From Hydrolagus colliei (lineage: Eukaryota), in contig CM068759.1 in NCBI GenBank assembly GCA_035084275.1, forward strand, positions 3,224,001 to 3,288,000: DNA of 64,000 bases. The letters run 5' to 3'. The translations under genes were made by a program, and so were the position numbers. Shown piece by piece: positions 1 to 12,200 of the stretch (the stretch's first letter is position 1; every line of letters starts with the position of its first letter). The notes beneath the pieces were generated by a model. It did not search any database. It saw only the letters and a program-made list of their open reading frames with translations, and had not been told where the DNA came from.

Positions 1-115
1 ATGGGCATCGATCACCTTCGCTCCTTGCCTGAGTGAGCATTCTTCGTATGTGAACCTGGATCATTCTGTGTCAGCAGGCTGCTTGACCACAGGGGGTGTT
101 ACAGCTGAGCTCGTG
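1..115 (-). mobile_element. AmnSINE2-like ancient tRNA-derived SINE, 3' portion
   Basis: CCTTGCCTGAGTGAGCATTCTTCGTATGTGAACCTGGA...GCAGGCTGCTTGACC...ACAGCTGAGC matches the reverse complement of the consensus as I recall it. Confidence 0.55.
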
Positions 116-342
116 CTTCGCTCTGCAAGTGTGCGTTTGCAACAGGTGTGAGACATGGACTGTGATCAGAACAGGCACTAATTGTTTGCTCCAAAGTGCA
201 GGGAAAAAAAAGGCCATCAAACAAAGCTGTCGATTAATTCCCATTGGGAGATGGCGCGCACTCCTTTTATTCCTCGAGCTTTTGTCTGCTTGCATGTCAC
301 CAGTCATGAATTTTTTTTTACAAACTACGAGTTGCATGCAAT

Positions 343-610
343 TAGCAACGCAATTTGCACTCACGTAACACCTCTCGGGCAAGGTGAATGTCTCACAGCG
401 CTTTACGAAGACAGGGCAAGAACCTGGGGTGGGAGTAAGACGGTGGAGCAGTCAATGAGATATGTTTTTAAACGAGTTTTGATTGCAGTTAAGGGAGGAG
501 AGAGGCAGCAGTATTTCAAAGAAGGTAGTTTGCACATACGGCACATTAAACTCCACACGCTTTTGGACACGCTGGCTGTGGTGACACAAGCTCATCCACA
601 GACGGTAAAT
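343..610 (-). mobile_element. L2 LINE 3' fragment (decayed)
   Basis: CAAC-type tail with ATTTGCAC...GTCTCACAGCGCTTTAC, followed by a purine-rich antisense L2 3' region. Confidence 0.5.
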
Positions 611-904
611 TGCTTTCTCAGTGAAAGCCTTTTGTTTGATTGAATGGGCAATTACTGCACAAAATTGTTTTTAACAACAACAATCCAACTCTTGTTTTTT
701 TTTGTCGCAAAAACCTCCAATGCTGTGACAAAAGCGAAGCTATTAGGATGCAACGGTGACAAGGCTCTTCCATCGAAGCAATCAAGAATATTGTTTGTGT
801 GCGCAATTGTTTACAGAGCAACATCCCACAGCCAGTAAGTAATACGACGCACCGTTAGGTTTTAAAGAAAAGATGGTTCCACTTAGTACTGAAATCAAAT
901 GAAA

Positions 905-1310
905 CACAGCTTGGCTCTGATGGCAACTCTCACATCTTGATCAAAAGGTTGCAAGTGCAAACATCACACTTGGGTTTGAGCTGATGGATGAGACTGACAC
1001 TGTGGAGCACTGTGGACATTGTGGCAAAGCTATCCTTTAGATGAGACACCAAACCTTGGTTCCACCCCTCTGTTTGGGTGAACATTAACGATCTCACAAC
1101 ACTATTCAAAAACGAAAGGTATTTCTTCCAATCTCCTCACCAACAATGCTGCAGATAGAATTGATAACACATGTTATGGTTGCTTGTTTGTCGAAGCTTG
1201 CTGCGTGAAATTTGGCCCGTTTCCCTTGCCTACAACTACACAGCCACTGCATTTCACAGCAATTAAGCACACAGGGATTTGTGATGTTTCAAAGTTATAA
1301 ACTCTACATC
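905..1310 (+). mobile_element. Old DeuSINE (SacSINE1-like), near full length
   Basis: tRNA-like head, then GATGAGACACCAAACC...ATTAACGATCTCAC..CACTATT and a Deu core TGTTTGTCGAAGCTTGCTGCGTGAAATTTGG. Confidence 0.6.
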
Positions 1311-1534
1311 AATTGTGAAGATTAAACAAGACAGACACCTTTCCAGTGCCTGTTTGTTAGTCTAATTCGATAGTGGGTTCTGGGTTAAAGAGAAGAAGGG
1401 AATGACAGCAGTGATTCTCTGATGACAATACTGGGTCTATTTTACACTGATCACTATAAAAAGCATTTTTTTCCACCACAACATAATATAGTATTGGGTG
1501 CCAATGTCAATTCTTATTAAAAAAAAGATCACTG

Positions 1535-1830
1535 GCTGGTCTTAGCGGGTAAATACGTGACCTTGCTGTACCAAGTTATTTGGACAAGGAAGATTCCCAG
1601 TTTGACTTCAGGTCTACGTTGAGTTTGGGGATCTCTGTTAGGACTGCAGTAAGGCCTTTTATAATTGGCCTCAATTTGGAAACGGAGAACAGAAGGAGGC
1701 AAGAATTCTCAACCTCTATTAAAGATCCAGTCATGTGTGTAAATAGCAGGGCAAAGACACAAACAGATGCCTTTGAATGGTTAAGTAGCATTTCCTAAGC
1801 CAATGTTTAGACTGAAGATTTCTCACCCCG
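1535..1830 (+). mobile_element. AmnSINE2-like SINE
   Basis: TTAGCGGGTAAAT head, ACAAGGAAGATTCCCAGTTTGA, GAGTTTGGGGATCTC, GCAGTAAGG...ATAATTGGCCTCA. Same family as 1-115, 32025-32169 and 35276-35410. Confidence 0.55.
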
Positions 1831-1914
1831 GCTTCTGAGTAAGCCCCTCAGCAATGCATTTGTCCCCCTCCTGCCTGGATACTGAAATACAATCCTTGAG
1901 CTCCACTATTTAAT

Positions 1915-2165
1915 AGAGCAGTATGCCGCCCGCATGCTGACTGATCTGGACCAATTCCACACCCACATCTCACCAGTTCTGACCCAGGTTCCACTCGCTC
2001 CCCATCACCAAGCGGATTTACTTCAAGATCCTCACACTCGCGTTCAAATCCCTTCACTCTCTAGCACCCGTCTCCGAGCTCCTCACTTCCCAATCCACCA
2101 CTAGGCACCTCCGCTCGGCTGGCACCGCATGTAGGGCGTGATATAAGTGCAAGTTGTTGTTGTTG
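1915..2165 (+). mobile_element. L2 LINE ORF2 C-terminus and 3' tail (decayed)
   Basis: Translates with frameshifts to AARMLT...HISPVL...HSLPITKRIYFKILTLAFKSLHSLAP...SELL...TRHLRS (L2 C-terminal motif) and ends ATATAAGTGCAAGTTGTTGTTGTTG. Confidence 0.8.
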
Positions 2166-3659
2166 AAAAAGGAGAAGGAAGGAACAAATAAAAACATCGC
2201 ACTGAACAAACGACGGTAAAAATCAAAAATCATCACTCGAAAGGAAAACTGATTTTGCACAGGTGTCTCATCTTTTTTATCTTTGGGTTTAAATTGTCTT
2301 TTCCGCTGGGAAAATGTTAAAAAACAGGTCTTCCTACTCTTTCACAAATCACACAATGAAACACTTCTCCCATTTGCAAGCTTGTATGATAAATGTCACA
2401 TACTGCAGAACTGGTGCTCATCAAAATCGAGCTGGTTAGTTATTATGCCAGTCCACGCCTATTTCTATAGTCTTAACGCAAAAGAAACAGCGGTAGCAGC
2501 AATTTTCTGAAATTGGACTAGATGAGAGGCATATGCTACTGAATAATACAATTCAATTTTGTGGCTGTTCTGCGGAATTGCAATAAGCTGTATTATGACT
2601 GGGCTTCAACATGCCCAGCTGTAGGTAGTTGTCTTTGAAGATTAGTTTCCACATGATGATGGTGAATGAAAACAGCTCGCGGTTTGCTTGAAGTGGAGCG
2701 ACTTCTTTGTTGCTGGCTTACTTGCAGCTATTTGATCCTCCACATTTCATGTAGACCATGGACGAGTCTGCAACTGTTCAAAGTGAGTCGTAAGTCAAGG
2801 CATTCGGAATCTCAAAATGTGTGCTGGGGCTACTTAAACCGGACAGAACAGTGAAACTTACCAACCTAAGCTATTGGAAAACTGTCTTAGCTCAGACCAC
2901 CCTATCTGTGCAGTATGTGTGCTCGCGAGTCGATCACAAGTCAAATGCGAAAGATCCCTTCCTGAGTAGCTTATCAAAGGATTCTCAGCAAGTTGAGATG
3001 AGAATTGGGGTCAGAAAGATGAACCGACAGTCAGCGGATGTAGTTACCATTTTACAAAACAAAAAATGAAATGGTCAGAAAAGAAATGTTAAAGTGTTGA
3101 CGAGTTAGTTCATTTGCACTTTCTATGTCGGGGAATAAAGGTATAAAAGGTGTCAAAACTACTGAAGGCACCCATAAAAAGACAGAAGACAGCGGAGCGG
3201 GATGGTGACGGAGGAAAATGGGGGTATAATGGACCGAAATGAAGGAAAAATAAAGAATAAAATAGAGACAATGATGCATATAAATAGAACAATAGACAGG
3301 TGAGCACATGGAAGAAATATCGAGGGAGATTTTTTGAAAGCACATCTCCTTATTTATTCCAATAATTTTCTTCACAAGTAGTATCATCTTGTCTTGACTA
3401 TATTAGGGGACGATTCTCTTCACCAGTCACTATGGCTGCTGCGAGAAAAATGAAATTAAAAGAGAAACAATTTGGCCCAGGGAGCAAAAAAAAAGTTGCC
3501 TGGAAATGTCCCCCGTTTCACTCCTTCCTTCCTTTTGTTACTATGAATTATTGACAAGGTGTTGTGTGAACTGAACAGAGAAGCTTTTCTGTGAGATGCA
3601 CATAAAAGTGAGTCGCAAACGGCAGACAGATGAAAACTGGCTCAGGGCCTCACATGCTC

Positions 3660-3960
3660 AGCAGCCGTCTGGAGTCCTAGCATTTTAATGTGCAACTACG
3701 TGCGAGACAAATACCGTACGCGCTTGTCACCAGAGCCGCGCGGATTTCAATAATTCATCCTGCAAGGTAAGACTCGTGGCAATTGCACTCCGTAAAGCAT
3801 TCTAAAAGCATTGGCCACTCCACGTCTCCCGGCAGAAGCATCCATGATGTACGCTACGTTTTCTTCGGGGGAATTTTCCCCGGATTGGACACGGACCTCG
3901 CGATATGTCGACTCGGAACCCGGGATCGCATCCAAGACCGAGTCTCGTGGGTCCGTTAGA
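3660..3960. promoter_or_regulatory. CpG-rich intronic module with two hairpins and a kB-like palindrome
   Basis: About 27 CpG in 300 bp against a CpG-poor background. Palindrome CGGGGGAATTTTCCCCG at 3866-3882 and a stem-loop at 3891-3956. Function is inferred only. Confidence 0.35.
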
Positions 3961-4227
3961 ACATACAGGGAATGGCTGGAGAAAATCCTCTTACAACCAC
4001 AAGTTTGTGTTTGTTTGTTTTTTAGCAGTCACACTGCCTCGACTCCACTCGAGGATTTTTGAGATTGCACGGAAGCAGATGAATTTCTGTGAGCTCTAAC
4101 ACAATTTATCCTAACTGGGAAAATGTATACTCAGGGCACTGAATTATATATACACCACTCCATTTCGGAGAGGAGGGGGGAAATCATCAAGAGTGAACTG
4201 GACGCCTAACCTATCCTCTTCTTTACA

Positions 4228-4640
4228 AAGTTGGTCTCACTCTTGCCTCCGAGTTTTGAAAGTTATAACTTCAAGCTCTAAGTTAGGACTTGGAACTCAT
4301 ACATTCTAAGGCCAGTGAGTGATGGCCAACATTTTTTGTCTGCCAACAAAATACATGTTCTTGATTGAATATTTCTTGATTGATGGCATTTATGCCTTAA
4401 GCCTGCTTGTTCAGATGGATGTTAAAAATCCTGCAGCGTTATTCAACAAGAGAACAACTGCCAAATAATTCCACCAAAATAAAACTGGTCATTCATTCGC
4501 TGGCTGTTTGTGGGACATAGCGGTGCACAAATTGACTAGTGCTTTCACCCAGAAAATCAGCAGTCACTCCACCTTTACAGCAAATCCTATGAAGCGCTTT
4601 GTGACATTCTCCCAAAGTGAAAGGTTGTGCCCCAAACGGA
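4228..4640 (+). mobile_element. Old DeuSINE (SacSINE1-like)
   Basis: Head CACTCTTGCCTCCGAG, TTCAGATGGATGTTAAAAATCC, Deu core GCTGTTTGTGGGACATAGCGGTGCACAAATTGACT and tail GAAGCGCTTTGTGAC...GTGAAAGG. Confidence 0.7.
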
Positions 4641-7600
4641 AGGATCATATATTTTAAACTGGGGGGGGGGGGGGGGCATTGGTTGGTTGGGAGCCAAAGA
4701 GAAGACATTCTGTTACAGCTGAAGGAAAATTGCATGAAGGGATAAAATTAGAAATACAATTTGTAAATGTCAGTAAAAAGACAAACCACCGTTGTAAAAT
4801 ATATTCCCATGTTAAGGCAATAGAAGCAAGCGTATTATCGTTCCTATTGTGGACAGTTTGTGTTCCAGTACCGCAATGTCAAAACATTTATAATCTGTGT
4901 CAAGCTGTAATTTTAATGTTTCCTTCAGAGTGGGGGGAAGTGGGGGTTGCAAAGCTGGGTAGTAGTTAATATTTCAGCTGCAACTGAAGCATTTGGAAGC
5001 TATTTTCACTTGCTTAGTTTGTCACTAATTCCCTGATCTTGGATTACCATTATTTATTGCATCCATCAATCTTAGTCATGCTCCTCACAGTCGCTCGCTA
5101 GAGAGGATTATCCACCGCAGAAGTAAGCACTGTACTAAACAAAGCGAGATCTTAAAGTCACTCCTGCCCCACCCCCCACCCACCCCCCACCCCCTTTGCA
5201 GCCACAAATAATCTGTGTGCACTTTAAAACAGACTGATAAAGAATGTATTCAGAGCTTTTAATTAGGGGATCAATATGCTGACGGAATTTTAAAAAATGC
5301 TTTCGCAATTTAGAATTCATTTTAATGATTCAAAGAAGTTACAAAGAGTAAGCTTCAGTCATTTAACCAAAATTAATTTCAAACACTGAACTCTGTGCTT
5401 CATTAATATGAACAGCAACCCTTATTCCTCCAATAGCCTTGCACAGAGTACAATATAATTGTGTTGCTGCAGATGACAATTACTCATGTATCAGTGAAAC
5501 ACACTAGTGGCTTGTAAAAACCATCATCTTCATTAAAAGGTTTTTTTAAATTTATTTTCGTGCCCACCACTAACTATTTAATTCAGCTAGGGTGTTTCAA
5601 GGCAAGACAATTATTCCATTAATCAAAGATTATAGAAGTAAATTGTATTCAAATAAAACTTTCCCGATTGATTAAATAACTCCTACTAGCCCCTCAAGTG
5701 CTTGTCGGCATATTCCACCAGTTTGTGGCAGATTGCCTTTCTGAACAGGGGACGTTGTTCCCATACGATCCTGTGCTTTTTGTTCGAAAAAACACTCTAC
5801 GAATCCCTGTGGATTGCAAGGAAATATTTAACTGGGATGTATCATAGGATACTCAAGGACAGGAGGAGTAGTGAACACGAAAAGTCCATTTGGCACTGAA
5901 CAGGCTTCTCCCAAGAGATCGTATGCAATTCACACTGCTATGGATGCTTCCCAAATTAACAGTGAAGTAAAGGGTCAGGTAGCCTACCCAGCTTCCACCT
6001 TTAATGAACCCATTTCACCTTAAGGGATCCATCCTTCTGTATGCTTTTCCCACCATAACCCCTGATCTTCCATTCCCTGCAGCATAATCTGATCCACATC
6101 CATTTGAATATTTCAACAGAGTCTGTTCCATAAATCAATGGTTCTAAATGTGACAACGTTATTCCTTGGTTAACCTCTGGGGGGAAGGTGAATAACTACA
6201 ACTGTGACTTTGTGCAGATCCAAAACAGTTATCAAATGAAAAGGCAAATGTTCTCAGCTCCTGATAAGGCTTTTCTTGTAATTCACACGATTCAATGGAT
6301 CAAATTTTAAAAAATTATAAAACCAAACCCCATTCACATCTTCCTTCATAATTTCTCGAATATGGGTGCACCACACGATTAGTTACTAAACTTCCTAAAT
6401 ATTAGTTATATTTCCTCCAATTATTGCTATTTTCCCCCCCCATTTTTCCCTATTTGCGTGTCTCTTTCTTTTTCTTCGCATGTCTCCTTCTCTTTGACTC
6501 CTCTCTCTCTCTGTTTCTTTCTTATTCCATTTCTCTTAATTCTTTGCATCTTTCTTCTCTTTGTCTCTCTCTCTTTCTCTCTGTTCTAGCTTTCCCTACT
6601 TCCCCCCACCCAACCCCCAATTTAATATTTGAAATGTTTGTTGCCTAGACATGTAAGTAGAGCACATATATACAAACAAAAAGCTGACAGAGTTTTCAAA
6701 GAAAAACAGCAATTTAATACAAAATCAGAAAGTCACAGCAACCGTCTGCCAATGGCATTCATAACATAGGGAATTCTTGTCTGCATTATTTTCCAACTGG
6801 GAATCCCATGACAGTATAGACAATCTTGGGAGCACTTATGCAGGATAACGGTTGGACTTTCATAGAAGATTCATGCATCTACAAGGAATCAGTTAGGAAA
6901 CGTTTTACCAATTTCACCCAAACTGTCAATCATAAGATCATTTTATTAATAACACAATGAAATTAATTTTCTTTGTTCATACAAGAAGCTCACATATTTT
7001 CACAGTAAATCCTGTGGTCTAGTCAACCTGTGTTTTATTTTATTTTTTAATGGCTAGTTCCTTAGTTCAACAAGACTGTGCACTAGAAGTGTGGACTGGT
7101 GTTATATGAAGATGGCTCCAGAAATTATTTCTCCAGCATATCCTGCAGGAGTGTCAAGCTAAAATAGCAAATATACATCTACACGCACACAAAAAAAAAG
7201 TATCCAACTACAGTATTAAAGAGCAACAAAGCAAACCGAAGGAGGCAATCCACCTCTTTCTCATTGGAGGCTGCGGTTCTCTATGAGCTTGCACGACATT
7301 GCAACACTGACAGACGGAACGGAGCAGTGCAACTTGGATAGAGCTCCAGACTGCTGGCGGGAACGAGCCCAGTGTTCGCCAAACAGTACGATCAAATCTA
7401 TTGGCCAGATGATATCATGGAGGCTTCACAATCCACCCGACCGGTTCACAAAACAAAAATCACCACAATCGGGCACGCAGCCCAGCCCATTGCTTCCCCA
7501 GGATTTCCATTCGATTTAACATATTTTTCCAACTTAATTTCACGGTCATTTTCCATTTCGAAAAATAGATTTTTTTAAAATAAGAGAGGAACGGCATGTG

Positions 7601-7689
7601 TTTTCTTTGCATATTTATGTACGGTTGCGGACAGATGATCACTTGATTTTCTATATACTATATATATATCTTTTTTGCTGATTGCTTAC

Positions 7690-7863
7690 CAGAACCAGCT
7701 GGAGGGGGAAAGGCCCTCTGGAATTCTCCGGCACGTTGATTGGAGGAATAACCCAGTCTCTCTTTTGTCGTTTCAGTCCGCTGGAACTCTGCTGTTGGCG
7801 CCAGAGCAAGATGGTATTGCCAAGTTGCTGGGTAGGCTCTGGAGGGACATTGTTCGGCCCATT
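7690..7863 (-). CDS. cdh4: Cadherin-4 exon 4: end of prodomain, furin site and start of EC1; phase 0-0, 174 nt (177 nt if the upstream AG is used)
   Basis: Minus strand: TTTTATAAGCAG|AAT GGG... translates [58 protein letters not shown], then a strong donor CTG|GTAAGC (GT at 7689-7688). It is in frame with exon 3. [18 protein letters not shown] matches CDH4 (CDH2 has INLPEN). Confidence 0.95.
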
Positions 7864-8874
7864 CTGCTTATAAAATAAGCAAAACCGCTCTTCGTATCAG
7901 TAGTTCAGGCGATCAATTATTAAAAAGGCACTGGCAGTGTAATGTGATGAAAATTCACACATGAAAATTAATAGAAATTTTACAGTTCAATAGCCTAATG
8001 CAGTTTATTGGCATCTGCCCTGTTTAACTAACACAAGGCAGAATTGTTATATATAAGTCAACATGACTGCCAGAACTTTTGCATTCATACTCCAGATACC
8101 ACTGCCTACGTCGAAACAGGGTGCAGCATTTTCTAAAACATTGTTAAAAAAAACGGTAAAGTAAATTCTGTACAGCAGCCATAAGTAACCAGCTGTAAAT
8201 CTGTGTAATTCAGTTGCTTCATAGAAACCGCATGGCATTTACAGCTCATTATGCAGAGCTCAGGCAATAAGCAAAGATTTTATTTCAATACAGTGGTTAG
8301 TGGTAAATCTAACGTACATTTTAAAATATATTCCCTGTTTTTTCAGAGAGAGGTATTATGTTCAGTGTACTGTACTAAGTAGCTGCTATTACCATTTCAA
8401 AGAAATGTGGAGTCTTTTTTCGTGTTACCCAGGATTACATTTGTCTCCCAATCCAAAACTCCCAAATTTTAATGAATTGGCAACTTGCCTCATTGCTGTT
8501 TAGGCAACATTCCTGGTGCAGATTAGCAGCCGGGTTTAACTGCACAATAACATTTACTTTCATTTCTAATTAATCCTGTTTTGAAAAGTGCTTGAAATTA
8601 TTTATTATGATGTGAAAGGAGCTACACAAATTCAAAGTATTATTTATTAAATGCGGCGTAAAACTATGCAATCTCATGTCACTTTATTGATCTGGCACTC
8701 TGCTGGTATTATTTTGGGGCCCCTCCTCTCCTCCCACCCAACTCTAGATTCTTCTGTATATTGTTTAGATGTGCTATCAGTCCATGCCTGGTGGGCAATT
8801 GAAGAAACTTTCTGTGGACTTTAGAACCAGAGGACATGTCCTTGATTCTGATCATCAACTCTCAAGAAAAAAAC

Positions 8875-9065
8875 AATAATAGGTTGGTCATTTCAATCTA
8901 CGACTGTTTGTGGGGACACTGCTGTGCGCAATTGTTTGCTGCGGTTCGCCCACAAATATACAGTCAATTCACTTTACAGTATATTCTGTAATGCGCTTTA
9001 AGACGTCTAGAAGACGTGAATAGCGCCATATCAAATGGAAGGATTATTATTATCATTATTATTAT
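8875..9065 (+). mobile_element. Deu-domain SINE (elephant-shark SINE2-1_CM-like), 3' half
   Basis: GACTGTTTGTGGGGACACTGCTGTGCGCAATTG...ATACAGTCAATTCACTTTACAG...ATCAAATGGAAGG(ATT)n. Confidence 0.85.
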
Positions 9066-9246
9066 GGTGATAGCAGAAAATGCTGATTCTTTCAAAAGCA
9101 AATTAGATAGATTTCTTTTAGGAAATAATATCTTGAGATGCAGTATATAGTTTGGGACATGACGTGTGCAAAGCAACTGCTAGGATAGTGGAAGGTGAAC
9201 TGGATGGACCTTGATCTTTCGCATGAGCAATTCTCATGTTCTCATG
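9066..9246 (+). mobile_element. CR1 LINE 3' end
   Basis: TTCAAAAGCAAATTAGATAGATTTC (FKSKLDRF)...GAACTGGATGGACCTTGATCTTT...TTCTCATGTTCTCATG. Same family as 62935-63128. Confidence 0.65.
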
Positions 9247-12200
9247 AACTGCCAACATTTCTTTAGCTGGGGTGTTGTTTAATGCTCTCTGGGCATCAGA
9301 TAGTATGAAGGGTGATAGACTCTCAGCAGTTAAGAAAAGCTGACACCTCTGCTGGCTACGAAGCTTTTTGTTGTACATGACACCTCCAACTTTTGCCAAG
9401 CTCCTAGAATGGGCCAGGATGCAGGATTTGATTCCTTTTGCTGTTTGCACCATCTGCTACTGCTTTATCACCATGAAACTAAACGCTTCCCCCTGTTCAA
9501 TCAAGTTCCCATCAATGGAATCGTTCAGCATTTTACCTTCTAGCAAATCCTTTGCTATTCTCGAGCGCCAGTTTCCTACCAGCCTTGACAATTTACATCT
9601 TACCCCCCAACCCCAGAGAGCTTTTGGCATTGACATTCATGTTTCACTGTTTGTTCAGTGAGTTCTGGCTTGAAGTCCATGACCAAAATGAAGAGAAACT
9701 GGCTTGCTGGGCTGCCTAGTGGAATGCCAATCATCCATCAATAAAGCACCCCCCCCCCCCCAAATTAAACTTAATTCTATTCATTTTTGTCACAATGGCT
9801 GACAATTTTCCACCAGTAAGTCATCAATAAATACTGCTACTTAACAAGTTCTGGAATTGATTGCTTAACGTAATCAGCAAATTAATTTTAAAAATAGTCT
9901 GCAGGGTGCTCTGATGTGTATGATAGTACAGTAGCTGGTTGGGAGATAATTGGGAGTTTTAATCAAAGTCTTCACAAGCTTTTGTCCTTCATTATCCGCT
10001 GGATGGCGTTAGTGGGAGCAGTGAGTTTTTCAATGTAGGAGATGTAATATGAGGAGGAACGTAAAATAAGTAAGGATTTTCGTCTTTAAATGACTTGGTG
10101 CACTTATTGTTCAAGTGACTAAGATGTGGCACTTAAGAGGCTCTATAGGATAACTTCTATCAGCTCATTTTACCACCCTCTGAGCAGTGAAGGATAGTAT
10201 TTGTGCAAGGCAATCTAAACACAGAGGAATGGGAAGGAGGGGAGGAGAAACTAAAATAAATCAGGCATTGAGTGCACTGGAACTCAAATCACCCGACTAG
10301 TCCCAACTCTTACACAATGCGCCCATACTGTAACAGAACTGGCTTCAACTTGTTTGAACAAAAGAGATCTACCTGCACCTGATAAATAAGAGATAATCTT
10401 ATGAAATTTGATAGAGTCAACCCAAAGGTTCTGTGTACCCTTTTGACAGTAGATTGCATTGAATTCCAATTGAATTCCATTGCATTGAGTTCTCTCCCAG
10501 AACTTGAGAAAATATAACAATCAATAAAACAGAAGTCATAAGCAAGACATAAAATGACTGCAACAGCAACTGAAGTAGATATTTACTCAAGTGTTTACAT
10601 TTACCGTAGTGTTTTGTGTTAGTGGAATTTTATCAATGGAATTTTTACCAATGGTAACCTGAGGCATTATCAAGTTTCAAAAGTCAAAAGCAATGGACAG
10701 ACAAGTAAAGTTCAGGGTATTTGCATGTCAATACACAAGACTGGAGTTTTGACCTTTTCATATAAAGGAACTGAAATTGTTCAATATGGCAATTTCAAGT
10801 GATTCATCACAACAATTTTGTTTTTCCCTATCTGTGGGATCGCTTTTAAAGATCAACTGACACATATGATAAACTGCTGGGCATCACAGTGCATGTAGGA
10901 GGGAAAATGAGAAAGAAAATACGTAAGAATGAGGGAAACAGATGGGGATGGGAGAAAGAATGAGCCATGCAGTATAACCTCTGGTATGGATTAGATGGCC
11001 AAAATGGTCAATTTTAGTTGCCATAACTGTTTATGGAATCATTAGTTAGACAAATGGGACATCGCAGCATTTCTTTTCACGGCTTTGGGACAACTTTCTG
11101 ACGTGAAAGGCTCGATACTAAATGTATAGATTTGTTGTTGCTGTTGTTCCCCTCCTAAACTCTGTTGAGTGACATTCTCTCAGAATGTAATTTTTTTAAA
11201 GTACCAAATCTTTCGGGCAACTCTAACAGAAGGTGACATTTGCTTCTTTTCAATACAGATCTTCCACAAATTTCGCAACGAGCCGAGTGTCTTTAATGTT
11301 CCCTTTTAATGTTCCCTTTAAAGATTACGCTGGTTTTCATGTGAAACCTTTATAACTGCGAATCTTGATTATCCAAAGTAACATTCCACACCACTGTGCT
11401 GTCACAATATTCATTACTTCATATGAGCAAAAAAAATCACACAGCAGCTGTGCTATTTCTGGTTCATTTTAAGTCCTTCTTTGCAAAAGATTATCTACAA
11501 GGTGGGAGAGCCATTAAGAATACCAGTTGAACGTTAAGAACTTTTAAAGCGCCCGTTCTAATCTTATTGTTCTCTTCGAGTCCTTTACGGTTTTTTGACA
11601 CCTTTGCCATGGAGCCTGTGACCTGGTGTTGTAATCCTAGGCAGGATATAGTCAAGAAGCAGGCAGATTAGTGAAGTTCACAAGACTTTAAAAGAGAGAT
11701 ATGGAATGAAGAAGGTGCTTTGGCCTGTTTGATCTGATTTGTTCAGAATACTAACTCCATTATCCAGGTTGCTTCACATTTTGAGTGTTGAGTCCCAAGA
11801 CCATATTTTGTCATATGTGCAAATGGCTTTGAGGAAATCCATATTCCATTTTAAACAGTAACAATAGCACGCTGCGTGTGAAGAAGGGGATGATTGTGGC
11901 AGACAGACAGGCAGACTGGGTAGAATTAGAATCAATGCTCGATTCATGTGAACTAATCCAAATTAGGCCTGCTATACACTATGCTCTGGATTGCACTCTA
12001 AGTCGAGGTCAAACTGCAGACAATTTGGGGAAGATCTGGAAACCGCTTGTTCGTAACAATTGGGGAAACTGTGACTTTGCTCCAGTACAATTCCTGATCC
12101 CGGGAAATATGTACTGAGGAAATACACATTTCATTCTAAGAGATTTACAATAATAACCACAATTTGTACATATATAGCACCCTGCACGCAGTGGAGCGTC

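Larger units (their letters stand above)
1..7689 (-). other. cdh4: cdh4 intron 4, 5' portion (exon 5 not found in window)
   Basis: Begins GTAAGC after exon 4. No IRSD...DRE...YH-type exon 5 recognised. Confidence 0.75.

Noticed and set aside
182-643. 153-aa plus-strand ORF
   Set aside because: It overlaps the antisense strand of a decayed L2 fragment and has no recognisable domain.
3747-4062. ORFs in the CpG-rich module as cdh4 exon 5 or a nested gene
   Set aside because: None of the frames I translated resembles cadherin exon 5 or any protein I recognise. Open frames are expected in GC-rich sequence.
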